64,000 bases of DNA from Octopus vulgaris (GCA_951406725.2 OX597829.1:27404001-27468000); one strand, 5' to 3'. Counted from the first letter of the stretch, positions 1 to 14,760 are shown. Notes: generated by a model from the sequence alone, not told the origin. A program made the numbers and translations.

Positions 1-830
1 GTGTGGAAAAAGTGTGGATATTCTTCACATATTAGAATGTGGGAAGCTCCGCTGTTCATGATAGCAGTTAGATTAAGTTTGCCAATAGTTATTGTTTGTG
101 GTAGAATTAAATTAGATCCACCACTAAGTAGTGACATAAGTTTTGGTAAAAACTTCTGAGTCTTATGAAGAACCAGTTTCCTATTCCTACAAAAAAGATG
201 TTGGTGAAGATCGCTACAACGTTTAGCAGACTTCTGTGTAACAGCTGTCTTTTCTTCCTTGATGTACGGACACCTTAAAAATGTCTCTTTGAATGGCAAA
301 AATAGAAATTCAACTAATTGTACAATATACCTTATACATTGAAGATACGATTTTCCACAGAAGTAACGCGTACGTTATTTTGTAGTTAAAATTCTTTTCT
401 TTTGGGCTTTGTTTGAATGCATGCCAAAGAATTTTCATTTAAATCTTTGTTTTCCAAAATTTCATTTTCCACAGTGTTGATAGCTGCAAGAGATTTGGCA
501 TAAGAGAAACAACTTTTATCGTCAGACCAAAATCCAAATAGCAAGCCTTTTGATATAATAGCCTCACAGGCCAAGATCTGCTATTGCCAATCGAATGTCA
601 TCATTAACAATAACAGAGATTAAAGACTCACATACTAACTCTTCTTCATATTGCACGATAGTGATGTTTTTGCACTGACAGTCCTTAACTTGATGTTTTA
701 ACACTTCCAGGAAAATGTTTCAATGTTTTCTCCCAGTTTTGTCGGCGGTTTGCCAGAAAGCTGTCGTAGAACGAATACGAGAAGCAAATAAATCGTCTGA
801 TTTAAGTTTCACAACCAAACAATCATCGAC
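1..830 (-). pseudogene. Degenerate Ty3/Gypsy gag-protease remnant (runs off the window start)
   Basis: Manual minus-strand translation across frameshifts: gag-like LANRRQ..GENIETF/FLEVLKHQVKDCQCKNITIVQYEEELVCESLIS (about 770-590), decayed zinc knuckle YFCGKSY..FCHSKRHF (about 365-275), aspartic protease motif ITIGKLNLTAIMNSGASHILI (about 95-30, catalytic D replaced by N). Confidence 0.7.
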
Positions 831-982
831 CCAATTTTATTCATGGAGACTGCGTTTGTCTGAAAACAATAACAATAACAAAAATAATAGCATAAATAAA
901 ACAGGGGTAATAATAGTTAAACAAGATGTAAAGCTGGATATTCAATAATATAGCCAATTATTAAATGGTTATTATATTGCAA

Positions 983-1358
983 CTAGCAGTATCGCCCGGC
1001 GTTGCTCGGGTTTGTAAGGGAAATAACTATATAAGCATTTTTAGAGAGTTATAGCCAAAAAATAGCAAAAAAATGCATTAAAAATGGAAAAAAATTATGG
1101 TAATTTTTTTTTAAAATCGTTGACTCATCGTAGACATTTTTAGAGAGTTACTTCCCTTATATAATAGCGAAAAAATGCATCAAAATGGAAAAAAATGATG
1201 GTAATTTTTTTTTTTAATCGTAGACTCATCGTAGACGCGCGCTAATACCCAGAAGGGCTCGATATGAATCACGACTATAAGTTACCGCAAAATGTGGAAG
1301 TAGTTAGGAATCTAAATCGTAGGAGACAGACACACAACTTGACTTTTATATATAAAGA
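983..1358 (-). mobile_element. Non-autonomous Helitron-like element
   Basis: Minus strand starts TCTTTATATATAAAAG, ends with hairpin CCCGAGCAACGCCGGG plus CTAG, sits between A and T with no TSD; 3' end shared with 45651-46025. Confidence 0.75.
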
Positions 1359-1362
1359 TAAG

Positions 1363-1364
<2 letters not shown>

Positions 1365-1402
<38 letters not shown>

Positions 1403-1525
1403 TGTTTCTCTGTGTATCTTTTATCTTATACTGGTTTCGGCCATGCTGGAGCACCGCTTTGTAGTGTGTTTGGGTCTACCTTCTGTAATGTATGTGTGTA
1501 TATATTTGTATATGTATATATATAT

Positions 1526-1600
<75 letters not shown>

Positions 1601-1651
1601 TACATATATACATATATACATATATACATATAAACACACAAACTCACATAT

Positions 1652-1696
<45 letters not shown>

Positions 1697-1702
1697 CACA
1701 CA
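1365..1702. repeat. (GT)n/(TA)n/(CA)n/(TACA)n microsatellite cluster with a short SINE tail fragment at about 1420-1462
   Basis: Direct reading. Confidence 0.9.
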
Positions 1703-1738
1703 CGTATGTTAATATGTAGTTAAGTCTATGTCCGGTCA

Positions 1739-1803
1739 TAGAGTAATCAATGGTTTCGCATCCACAAAGGGCTTAGCCCCCATGGGTGTCTCATCAGACT
1801 CTA
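1739..1803 (-). ncRNA. Type I hammerhead ribozyme motif (left palindrome arm)
   Basis: Minus strand TAGAGT-CTGATGA-G..stem II..C-GAAACCATTGATT-ACTCTA; perfect 6-bp stem I, mismatch in stem III. Confidence 0.7.
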
Positions 1804-1833
1804 ACGCCGAAGAGTAATATTTATTTTCGGCTT

Positions 1834-1999
<166 letters not shown>

Positions 2000-2364
2000 G
2001 TCTGTCTGTCTGTCTGTCTGTCTATGACCGGACATAAACTTAATTACTTTAATATATTACTGCTCTATGCTTTAGAGAGTTGTTCTTTTTCAGATTTAGG
2101 CTACTTTGACGAAAAATATATATGTATGTATGTATGTATGTTTATGTATGTGTTTGTGTGCATATATCTGTGTGTGTATGTTTGTATGTATGTAGAGAAT
2201 AAGCCAAAATGTGGTAGTGTGTTGCAGGAAAGTGCTAATTTAATTACTAATTGACCATTATAAAATTTCTCCCAAGATGTTAATATATAATTAATACTTA
2301 TTATTTAATAGTTAATAATTTATATTTATATTTAAACTATTTCGTTGCAAACTGTATGTATACA

Positions 2365-2405
<41 letters not shown>

Positions 2406-2505
2406 ATGCGTATGTGTCTGTGGGTGATTATTGAGAAAACGAATACTAAATTTAGATATAATTATTGAATATATAGTTTATAAATGTAACATCTGGAGGA
2501 ATGTT

Positions 2506-2625
2506 GGAGGAGGAGGAAGTAGGAGGAGAAGGAGGAGGAGGAGGAGAAGAAGAAGAAGAAGAAGAAGAAGAAGAAGAAGAAGAAGAAGGAGATGGTGATA
2601 ATGATGATGATGAAGGTGGTGGTGG

Positions 2626-2675
<50 letters not shown>

Positions 2676-2682
2676 GTGATGA
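2506..2682. repeat. Compound (GGA)n(GAA)n(GAT)n microsatellite
   Basis: Direct reading. Confidence 0.95.
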
Positions 2683-2868
2683 TAAAGAGAGTGAGTGTTA
2701 TGGTAATATATCAAAGGGAACATGTATATAATCTCAAAAAAACAAGAGGTTAAATTATCGTGAAACAATAAAATTGTTGGGTCGATTGTATTGACAAATG
2801 TTCTAAAATTAGAAAAGGTATAAAGTGAAAAAAATGTAGTTTATCTGTGATTTCAATTAATGAGAACA

Positions 2869-2906
<38 letters not shown>

Positions 2907-3020
2907 TAAGAGATAAATGATAATGGAGTGAACACGGCTTGTCTATATTTGTTTTTAAATAATGAGTAGAGAAAAGGAAGGAATGATAATAATGATGATA
3001 AAAATAATAATAATAATAAA

Positions 3021-4090
<1,070 letters not shown>

Positions 4091-4094
4091 TCGT

Positions 4095-4097
<3 letters not shown>

Positions 4098-4185
<88 letters not shown>

Positions 4186-4199
4186 TAATAATAATAATG

Positions 4200-4269
<70 letters not shown>

Positions 4270-4362
4270 TGATGATGATGATGATGATCATGATGATGAT
4301 GATGATGATCATGATGATGATGATGATGATCATGATGATGATGGTGATAATAATAATAATAA
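4098..4362. repeat. (AAT)n/(GAT)n microsatellite
   Basis: Direct reading. Confidence 0.98.
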
Positions 4363-4808
4363 TCTCTGAGCTTAATTACCATAAACATTTCGTAAATGTG
4401 TCTAGACTGCACACATCGATTGATAAATATTTTTTTATAGCGAGAGTTCTATGATAAAAAGGGAAATAAATTGTTGGTGTATTTTGAGAAAGAAAAACGT
4501 CGGTCTAAAGACGATAAATAGAAGTGAATTACTTTGATAGGGGAGCTAAAAAAAATTTCTATATTAGGTTTATGAAGTTGAAGTGCATTCGATTAAATAA
4601 TTGAAAGAAAAAAAAAAGAAAGTTAGAAACAAGTAAATGTTTTGTGCAAAAGGTGAGAGTTATACAGATTTTGAATTGGATGATAATTCTTTCAAACTTC
4701 GGCACAAGGCCAGCAGTTTTGAGATTAGTGGGAAGAGTTAAACTGGTACTCAATTTATCAGCTCCGAAAGAATGAAAGACAAAGTTAAGAATATATGTAT
4801 ATGTATAT

Positions 4809-5217
4809 AGGCGCAGGAGTGGCTGTGTGGTAAGTAGCTTGTTTACCAACCACATGGTTCCGGGTTCAGTCCCACTGCGTGGCACCTTGGGCAAGTGTCT
4901 TCTACTATAGCCTCGGGCCGACCAAAGCCTTGTGAGTGGATTTGGTAGACGGAAACTGAAAGAAGCCCGTCGTATATATGTATATATATATGCGTGTGTG
5001 TGTTTGTGTGTCTGTGTTTGTCCCCCTAGCATTGCTTGATAACCGATGCTGGTGTGTTTATGTCCCCGTTACTTAGCGGTTCGGCAAAAGAGACCGATAG
5101 AATAAGTACTGGGCTTACAGAAGAATAAGTCCCGGGGTCGAGTTGCTCGATTAAAGGTGGTGCTCCAGCATGGCTGCAGTCAAATGACTGAAACAAGTAA
5201 AAGAGTAAAAAAGAGTA
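4809..5217 (+). mobile_element. Full-length tRNA-derived SINE, family A (CORE-like centre)
   Basis: A box TGGCTGTGTGG, B box GGTTCAGTCCC, CORE-like GCACCTTGGGCAAGTGTC, internal (TA)/(TG) tract, tail CAGTCAAATGACTGAAACAAGTAAAAGAGT; more than 10 related copies in the window. Confidence 0.9.
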
Positions 5218-5231
5218 TGTATATGTATGTA

Positions 5232-5450
<219 letters not shown>

Positions 5451-5586
5451 TGTATGTACCATTATCTTTTACTTGTTCACTTCCTTGCCGAATCGCTACG
5501 GAGACAAATAATTCAATATCGGTTGTCAATTTTGGTAGGACACACACAAGCGCACGCACAGATGCACGCGCACACACACACAAACA

Positions 5587-5622
<36 letters not shown>

Positions 5623-5624
5623 TA

Positions 5625-5775
5625 TACGACGAACTTCTTTCAGTTTCCGTATACAAAATCCACTAACAAGGTTTTGCTCGGCCCAGGGCTATAGTATGAG
5701 ATTCTTGCCCAACGTGTCATACAATATGTTTGAATCTGGTTAACAAGTAAATTTCTTCTCACAAAGTGACTCAAG
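5625..5775 (-). mobile_element. Degraded SINE family A head
   Basis: Reverse complement of 4815-4972 with substitutions. Confidence 0.7.
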
Positions 5776-5913
5776 AGCCGATAGTTTCGACCATTGGCAC
5801 TTAACAAACTGGTTTCACCAGATGTGTGTGAGTGCGCGCGCGTGTGTGAATATGTTTGGTGTTTGCTTCCATACACATTTTCTAAGAAATATCTTTATTA
5901 GAAGAATTGTACT

Positions 5914-6329
5914 GACGCCACCAGTGTTATCCAAGGGAAGGACAAAGGTCGATACAGCTTGGCACCAGTGACGTCGCAACTCATTTCTACAGCTGAGTGA
6001 ACTGGAGCAACGTGAAATAAAGTGCCTTGCTCAAGAACACAACACGAATCCCGGACCGGGCTGCGTGTTGTGTTCTTGAGCAAGGCACTTTATTTCACGT
6101 TGCTCCAGTTCACTCAGCTGTAGAAATGAGTTGCAACATCACAGGTGCCAAGCTGTATCGGCCTTTGCCTTTCCCTTGGATAACACTGGTGGCGTGGAGA
6201 GGAGGCTGGTATGCATGGGCGACTGCTGGTCTTCCATAAACCACCTTGCCCAGACTTGTGAATAGGAGGGTAACTTTCTAGGTGCAATCCCATGGTCATT
6301 CATGACCGAAGGGGGTCTTTACCCTTTAC
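5914..6329 (+). mobile_element. CORE-type SINE (family C) preceded by an inverted copy of itself, forming a hairpin
   Basis: 5914-6047 is the reverse complement of 6063-6195; CORE-like GTGTTCTTGAGCAAGGCACTT; tail CTTTACCCTTTAC. Confidence 0.75.
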
Positions 6330-6339
6330 TGAATAAAAT

Positions 6340-6830
6340 AATGGTTGTATTGGAGGACAAGGAAGATGAAGAAGGATATACAAGGAGCCAGGATACATTA
6401 AAAGCTACGAGTCTACGTTATTAAGTGTGCAATTATTAATTTTGCAGTTGCCAGGTAGGATTTGGATTTCAGAAGATTTGAGGCGAATGAATTTTAGTGC
6501 AGATTTGTAAATGGCGACTGGGAAACAACAGGAAGTGATTATCATGAACAGCATGTAGTTGAAGGTGATATTCACTAGTGAAGTCCTCACTAACGGTGAA
6601 ACTGAACAATGCAGAAGAAAAAGAAGACATCGAGGAAAATGAAGTCGCCCCAATACAGTCACCGCTGTCTGGAATAAGAAATGTCATGGTCGTTGCAATT
6701 CGCTACATTGAGACACGTAACCTGAGATTGTCCCCTGAAGATTTTCGACAGTTCAGCGCCGTCATAATTCAGAAACATCGACGTGACAAGCAATTGAAGC
6801 TAAACGCTTTCTTTAAATTAAACCTTCCCT
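6340..6830 (+). pseudogene. Possible pogo/Tigger transposase C-terminal remnant
   Basis: Acidic tract EEKEDIEENE followed by terminal KQLKLNAFFK, resembling TIGD/Jerky C-termini; no catalytic motif seen. Confidence 0.35.
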
Positions 6831-7419
6831 GTTTCACCGCCACCATTTCACACCTACCAGTCTGCACGTCACAGCTGTCTATAAACAAATATACATCAGT
6901 GACACCGTTTGTGCACTTTCCAAGAAGACTCTGTAGCAGGTGGATTTTTTTTCTCTTTTATCTCCAGACACTGAATAAAGAGATCACTCAATTATTATTG
7001 CGGTTATGGTAAAATACCCACCCAATAAACATAAATAAAAAAAATCCATATAATTTATTATGACTTAATTATTAGCAATTTTACCGTAACGTATATTATA
7101 TTAAAATATTTTATGATTTATTTATTTATTTAGTTTTACATAAAAAAAAAATACAAAATGAGATTTAGCTTCTCTACAATGTAACAAGTATATTAACAAA
7201 TTATACACCACTCCTTTTGTCAGTTAAATTGAGAGTTTACGATGTATATATGTATGTGAATAATTATGCATGCATGTATGTATACTTATACGTATGTATG
7301 TATGTATGTATGTATGTATGTATGTATGTATGTATGTATGTATGTATGTTTGTATGTATGTTTGTATGTATGTATGTATGTATGTATATATATATATATA
7401 TATATAAGAAAATAAGGTG

Positions 7420-7712
7420 ACAATAAACGATTATGTTATGAACTTCATTAGCTTACAGCTGTTTCTGCTATATGATGCAGTGGACTCATATTTGAATGCT
7501 TGAGTAACACCTTATAGCTTCACCGGAGCCTCGAATATGAAGTGTAGCTTATTTGGAAAAAGAATTGCAATTATGTAAATGTAATTCTTTTCCCAAATTT
7601 GGGAAAAGAATTACATTTATGTAAATGCAATTATATTCCCAAATAAACCGATCTTCAAATTCGAGGTTCCGATGAAGATTTAAGGTGTTACTATGGTACA
7701 TAACCGTTTATT
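7420..7712. repeat. Long imperfect palindrome centred at TTTTCCCAAATTTGGGAAAA (about 7597)
   Basis: Arms 7503-7597 and 7598-7692 are mutually reverse complementary; outer aataaacgattatgt matches acataaccgtttatt. Confidence 0.85.
7450..7530 (-). ncRNA. Hammerhead-like motif, variant core CCG(A/G)TGA
   Basis: Minus strand GGCT-CCGGTGA-A-GCTATA..TATAGC-A-GAAACAGCTGTA-AGCT; the right arm reads CCGATGA but has lost the 3' half. Confidence 0.6.
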
Positions 7713-7765
7713 TCTTTCTCCTCTCACTTTCTTATTACCGCTTTGTACTCGACTTCGATCTAAAG

Positions 7766-8174
7766 CAGTGCTCCGCAACCGGTATGCCACGAGACGATGC
7801 TAGGTGTGCCGCAATGTAACCTAAATATAAATTTCCCCTTATACTTTTAGTTATATTTTTAGTTCAGGTGTGCTGCCGATTTTTGAAAAGAATATAACTG
7901 CACTAGGAGAAATGGAAAGAAAGGAAGAGACGTAAACAAGAGACTATGGCACTACAACCAGCCAGGAACAGTCTTCGCTACATTTGCGGTACCTGCCAGA
8001 GGGAGTGTTTGTCCAGGATAGGTCTACACAGCCACAGCAGGAAATGTATCAGGACATGAAATATAAAAGCCGGACTAGACTACTTCATGCGCAACTCCAT
8101 TGTCTCCCGAGACAGAAAGGATGCCAATACAATACAATAACTGCACTGTAAGTAAAAAAAGGTTGCGGACACTG
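7766..8174. mobile_element. hAT (Charlie-like) MITE
   Basis: TIR CAGTGCTCCGCAACC / GGTTGCGGACACTG; perfect 8-bp TSD ATCTAAAG at 7758-7765 and 8175-8182. Confidence 0.9.
7905..8136 (+). mobile_element. 5'-truncated RTE (BovB-like) LINE nested in the hAT MITE
   Basis: Encodes YICGTCQRECLSRIGLHSHSRKC (RTE C-terminal zinc finger); (CAATA)n tail; 11-bp TSD ATAACTGCACT at 7894-7904 and 8137-8147. Confidence 0.85.
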
Positions 8175-8265
8175 ATCTAAAGCATATGTATATTGAGTTC
8201 TACACCAGGTCATTAGTCTCGCAATGCCTAAGCGAAATATCAAAATGTGTGTGTGTGTATGTGTG

Positions 8266-8615
<350 letters not shown>

Positions 8616-8768
8616 ATATTAGCGAGTGGACAAACGAAAGAAAAGGATACTCAACACATTTAGTAGGAATTACATGTATTCTGGAATACCAGAAGTGTGA
8701 AGAAATCGGGTTTCCGTTAAGGGACCTGCGAAACTTAAGTTGCACAGAACCGAATCAAAATTGTTTTA

Positions 8769-9658
<890 letters not shown>

Positions 9659-9691
9659 CATATGTAAATATATATATAAATACACACACAC

Positions 9692-10460
9692 ATATATAAA
9701 AATCAATGTCTGTGTGTTCGTGTGTTACTTATTGACTCGAAAACTATTGGGCCGATCCTAATGAAATTTGGAACACAAAATCCAAGCCAAAGGAAAATGG
9801 TAATGCCACATGTTTCATACAATTTTGAGGGGGAATAAAGTGGGGCAGAACCCCCCGTAAAAATTCATATGCTTCGGAACTTCATGAAATTTGAACCATA
9901 GGTATTAGAAATAAATTTTAAAATATACCCAAAATTTCCATTTCTTTGGATGATTCTAAGACTCCCTAATAGAAGCTCAACCCCCAAATTTTACTCATTT
10001 TTCATGGATCAAAATTACTGAATGGATCCTTATGATATTTGGAACTTAGATTGAACGGATAAGGGTGTGTATAATTTCCGATGTTGATGAAATTTTAACT
10101 ATAGTTAATTGATACAAATCAAGACGTATTCCCAAAGTTTCCGCTTCTCATGAGGATTCTAAGACTCCCAAATTTTAATCATTTTTTTATGATCCAAAAC
10201 AAGGTCAAAAGTACTGAATGGATCTTTATGAAATTTGGAAATTATATTCTATGCTAAGGGCGGATGTAATACAGTATATGTTTGAAAGTGAGGGAGCATA
10301 AATGAGGCTTTAACCCCCATGAAAATTCATATATTTTTGCTGTTGGTGAAACTTTAACCATAAATATTAGACACAAATTAAGTAATATTCCTAAAATTTC
10401 AACTTCTTAGGTGGTTAGTAAAACCACATAATGGGAGATTAACCCCCAACAATTTAGTCA
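9692..10460 (+). mobile_element. Helitron-like non-autonomous element, 5' part, with imperfect internal repeats
   Basis: Start ATATATAAAAATCAATGTCTGTGTG resembles the 5' ends of the other Helitron-like copies; recurring ATGAAATTTGGAA and CCCAAAATTT units; no 3' CTAG hairpin found. Confidence 0.45.
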
Positions 10461-12270
10461 TTTTTCCTAAGCCAAGCTGAATACAATTGTAGTCTTCGAA
10501 GCTGTAAAGTCGCCCGAGGATACAACATGGGCGTTATTTGTAATTCAATGGTAGAACAGTGTAAGAGTTTGCTTTGAGATATACTTAGATTGTGATTTCT
10601 GCAATGTGGTGCATAAACTGTCAAGTAAATGAGAGGCATCTTTACCTCCACTGATTCAGTTGCAAATTGTTATTTTGAGTAAAGTTATTTGATTGAGCCT
10701 TTTTATTATCACTGGGTCTGAGATGGCCCCAGATAGTAAGATTGATTTCAAGGCCTTTCCATATAAGTCATTGGTCATTCAAAGAGATTTATTGATTTAT
10801 TCTGTTCTGTAACCTATCGGTATAGTGATCATTGGCAAACTCCAAAGGTGACACTTTCATTTCCCCTTAGCTCTCACGTCACATAGTTAATGTTTATTTC
10901 AGTTGGGTCACACCCTTCCTATTGCTATAGATTCGTAATGCATCTTACGGCTGTGTGAGGAATCCTACATTGGGAGTGGTAACGACTAGGGTAGGGTAGC
11001 TGACTGCTTACTGTGATCATTCGTTTTTGGTTTCCTGTAGCTTTGTTCTCTTTTACAAACCCTGTGAACATTCATATATTTTCGATTTCAAAGAAATCTG
11101 AACAATAGATATAAGACCCAAGTTAAAAAAGATTCACAACAATTCAACTGGTTGACTGTAGAACTTCCTAATAGGGGCCTTAACTCCAATATTTTAGAGA
11201 TCCATGTGCTCCAATTTTCAGGTGCAAAAACTTTTGAATGGGTTTTATAAGATTTTTGTAAGAAAGCTAGCGAATGTGTACGGTAACAAAGGCAAAGAAC
11301 GGAGAACATGGTACACAATTACAAAATGACCCGTCTTTTTTCCCTCCCTGTCCTAATTGTTATTTCTCCTGTCCGCCTTTGTATCGTCAATCTGTCCGAA
11401 TATTTTACTATCCTCTATTGCATTTTTGTTCCATTTTTATATTTATATATGCATATAGCGGCGTACGTACAAACTTGTGCTCTTTACGTGTGTGTGTGTG
11501 TGTGTGTATCATCGCTTCGTGAACGAAAAAAGAGGTATTTACTCAACTGTTCACTTCAAATATACGTACGTTATATAGCTGTTTATTGTATCTGCACCTC
11601 GACTTCTCTAAACTGGGTTATCCGATTTGCAAACACAATGCCTTACTGTTAGCTTAAATAATCATTTTTTTTTTGGGGGGGGGGCAACCAGATCCATGCT
11701 TGCTTAGATAGAACTGATTCTATCCATCCTCACTCAATTTGTTGCGGTCCTTTGGCATCTCATGCGTGAAGTTTTGTATCGTAAGATCAGCTTTCTCAAT
11801 TTTTTCCCGTGTCTTCCTCGCCCTTTCTCTTGTATTGCTTAGTATTTGTCATCACCAATCAACTGTCATCCGGCAGTCCATCACATGTCGATGGTAGTGA
11901 TGGTGGTGCTGTGCTGGTGGTGACGATTATGACAATAGCAGTTGTAGCGGCGGTTGTGATGATGGTAGTGGTGATGGTGATGGTAATTACGATGGTGGTA
12001 ATTGTACTGGCGGTAGAGAGATGATGATGATGATGATGATGATGATGATAGTATCTATGCAACATGTCCTTCCGTTTATATGACAATATGGTGTGGATTT
12101 GAGAGAATACTGATTGCTATTTCTAGCAGCTAGAACTGCCGCATAGAAGCTCTCCTGTTGATTCATGCAAGTTTGTATTTGTATGTAAAGTATAAGTGGT
12201 GGGTGTATATATATGTGTGCGTATATGGGGTTATGATGATAGTAGCGGTGGTGTGTTGGAGTTATGGTGG

Positions 12271-12365
12271 CCGGCTGTGGCGACGCCGGCTGTGGCGACG
12301 CCGGCTGTGGCGACGCCGGCTGTGGCGACGCCGGCTGTGGCGACGCCGGCTGTGGCGACGCCGGC
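12271..12365. repeat. 15-bp GC-rich minisatellite (CCGGCTGTGGCGACG)x6
   Basis: Six perfect units. Confidence 0.97.
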
Positions 12366-12555
12366 GGCAGTGATGATGGTGGTAGTGTGGGTTGGTACCT
12401 GTTTGAGTGGCAGTGATGGTGTGTGTGTTTATATGTTTTTACATATATCAATATATGTGTGAATGCTATTGAACTTTGCAGCTCGAATATATAATAGTTT
12501 TGTTGTCGCTGTTCCCCGCTGGGTTAACAGCGATCAGGTAAACTTGTAATCAAAG

Positions 12556-13151
12556 CGCCTCCATCTTTCCTTTAACTTGAAAATACCCTCTTCCCAGAAG
12601 TGAGGTGGTTTCATGGGAAAGAATTCATCAAGGTCAATAAATACTTGCCATTATATTTTTAATCCACCAAATTTGAACCATTTTGTTGCACAAAACGTCT
12701 CCATATTTCCTTTAACTTGAAAATACCCTCTTCCCAGAATTGAGGTGGTTTCATGGCAAAGAGTTCATCAAGGTATCTTTTTACGTCATCCAAGGAATTG
12801 AAATATTTACCATTAAGACTATTCTGCAGAGACATGAATAAGTGGAAATCCGAAGGAGCAACATCTGGTGAATATGGAGGGTGGGGTAACACATCCCAGC
12901 CGAGCTGCAGCAATTTTTGTCTGGTTCCCAAAGCATCAAGTGCCGAAAATGAACTTTCTTACCTTCCATTTTAAAGTGTGACAGAATTAACCCAGGTTAT
13001 AGGAACATAAAGCTTCTTCCACGAAAAGATAGCTTAAACTGTTCTCTAAATGGAGGTGTAGTGAAATCCTATTTTATGGACTCAACCATGCTCTAAAATA
13101 AGTCGAAAGGTAAGCTACTATAAATTGGCACGAACCTTCCGGACAACCCAA
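12556..13151 (-). mobile_element. Internally deleted mariner (DD34D), one TIR lost
   Basis: ORF 12659-12931 has WDVLPHPPYSPDVAPSDFHLF; N-terminus MEGKKVHFRHLMLW; TIR AATTGGCACGAACCTTCCGGACAACCCAA followed by TA; same family as 37109-37674. Confidence 0.9.
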
Positions 13152-13264
13152 TATTTTAGATGTTTTTTCTTTCTTTTTTTGTGTATTAGGGCTACATTAT
13201 CTAATGTGCCCATTCCAGTTTTAAGACGATCCTCTCACGAAAGTCTTCTTAGTGCACTCTGCAT

Positions 13265-14060
13265 GATAGTGAAACATCACTGAAGCAAGTGAAGAAGTTT
13301 AAGTGTCTCGGTGCAGTATTCACGAGTGATGGAGAGGCAAGAGGCGGAATTTGATGGTAGAATTGTTTTACTAATGCGCCAGTACAAATATTCGATCCTT
13401 ATTGGGTTTTCATTGCTTTTCTCACCTATGGTCACGAATGTGGGGTAATGACTGAAAGAGTATGGTTACAAATATTGACGTCCGAAGTGGGGATCTTCTG
13501 AAGGATCTCTAGAATAACGTTACTCGACAGGGTGCATAGCTCTGATATCAGGGTGTCTCTTCGGATCGAGTTAGTAATTCTCGATACACACAAGCACACA
13601 CACATACACTCAAAAGTGCATGTATATTGATGCTGAGTTGTGAGATAAATTCGTGGCTTTTTAAAATATATTCTGCTTGGCATTCCATCGTTATATGTCT
13701 GAAAAGAGGTGAAAATTATTCAAATTAAAAAACGATAAAGTAAAATTGTGGAGAGAGACTAAAACAGCAAAACAAAATCCATAAAATAGTTTCGATACTA
13801 CTAACGAAAGATTAGAATGTAACAGGGAAGAAATGCAAGACGGATTCTTCAATCCAAGTCACCCGACAAGAGACCTAGGGGTTGGACAAGAACAAGTTGG
13901 TTGGATAATATGTATAGTTTCAGTTGGTCATGCTTGGGAATCCAGTTTGAAAGTGTAATGGTAGGACTTCTGATAGGACCCTATAGAGGAGGTGCCTCGG
14001 GACTCTAGACCCAAGACTTTTCCAGAAACAGTGGGCAAAGAAGATGGATGGATGGATGCG
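13265..14060 (+). mobile_element. RTE-clade LINE 3' fragment (Expander/Rex3-like), interrupted at about 13590-13825
   Basis: Translations LKQVKKFKCLGAVFTSDG, LTYGHECGVMTERV..RISRITLLDRVHSSDIR, KRPRGWTRTSWLD; (GATG)n tail. Confidence 0.8.
13635..13800. mobile_element. Tc1/mariner-like terminal fragment
   Basis: Similar to 14587-14760. Confidence 0.45.
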
Positions 14061-14520
14061 ATTACGGTCCGTTGGTTCGCTGGACAGTACTGGGTTTTAT
14101 ATGATGTAACATTGTGGAGTGTCTGTATGTGTCTGTATGTGTCTATGTACATATGAGTGTACGTGTGCGTATTTATGTATACGTCTGTATGTATGTCTGT
14201 GTATCTGAATAATGTGTGTGTGTGTGTGTGTGTGTTTGAGGATGATGCTACAAACTTGCCAACACAACGTTGTGTCTAATTCGACACTTTGCTTTTGATA
14301 TATTGTGATCGATGTTCAATCAATCAATATGTTTTGTCAATGGATTATTTTAGACGGTTTTTACAAGATTTTATTCCATCAATAAAATGCTGATCTTTAC
14401 TGAAACCCTAACCACCAATCATAAATAATGAGCCGCACTAATTGATTTTGATTGATTAAAATTCTCTTCAGACTTCGAAAAACAAACAAGCACACACGCA
14501 TACACCCAAAAGCACATGTT

Positions 14521-14586
<66 letters not shown>

Positions 14587-14590
<4 letters not shown>

Positions 14591-14760
14591 TGTCAGATAA
14601 ATTCGTTCGTTTTTTTTTATTTATTAATTTTTTTTAAAATTCTACTTGGCACTCCATCATCATATGTTTGGAAAGAGGTAAGAATTATTCAAATTAAAAA
14701 ACGATAAACTAAAGTTGTAGAGTAATACTAGAGCTGCAAAACAAAAGCTATAAAACTAAT
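14587..14760. mobile_element. Tc1/mariner-like terminal fragment next to (TA)n
   Basis: Starts TA-GGGTTGTCAGATAAATTCG, resembling the mariner TIR GGGTTGTCCGGAAAGTTCG; second copy at 13635. Confidence 0.5.

Noticed and set aside
2501-2731. Acidic poly-E/D ORF
   Set aside because: Compound trinucleotide microsatellite without splice or homology support
10454-11320. Possible LINE endonuclease remnant on the minus strand (LTVYAP..GDF)
   Set aside because: Only two short motifs across many stops; insufficient without a profile search
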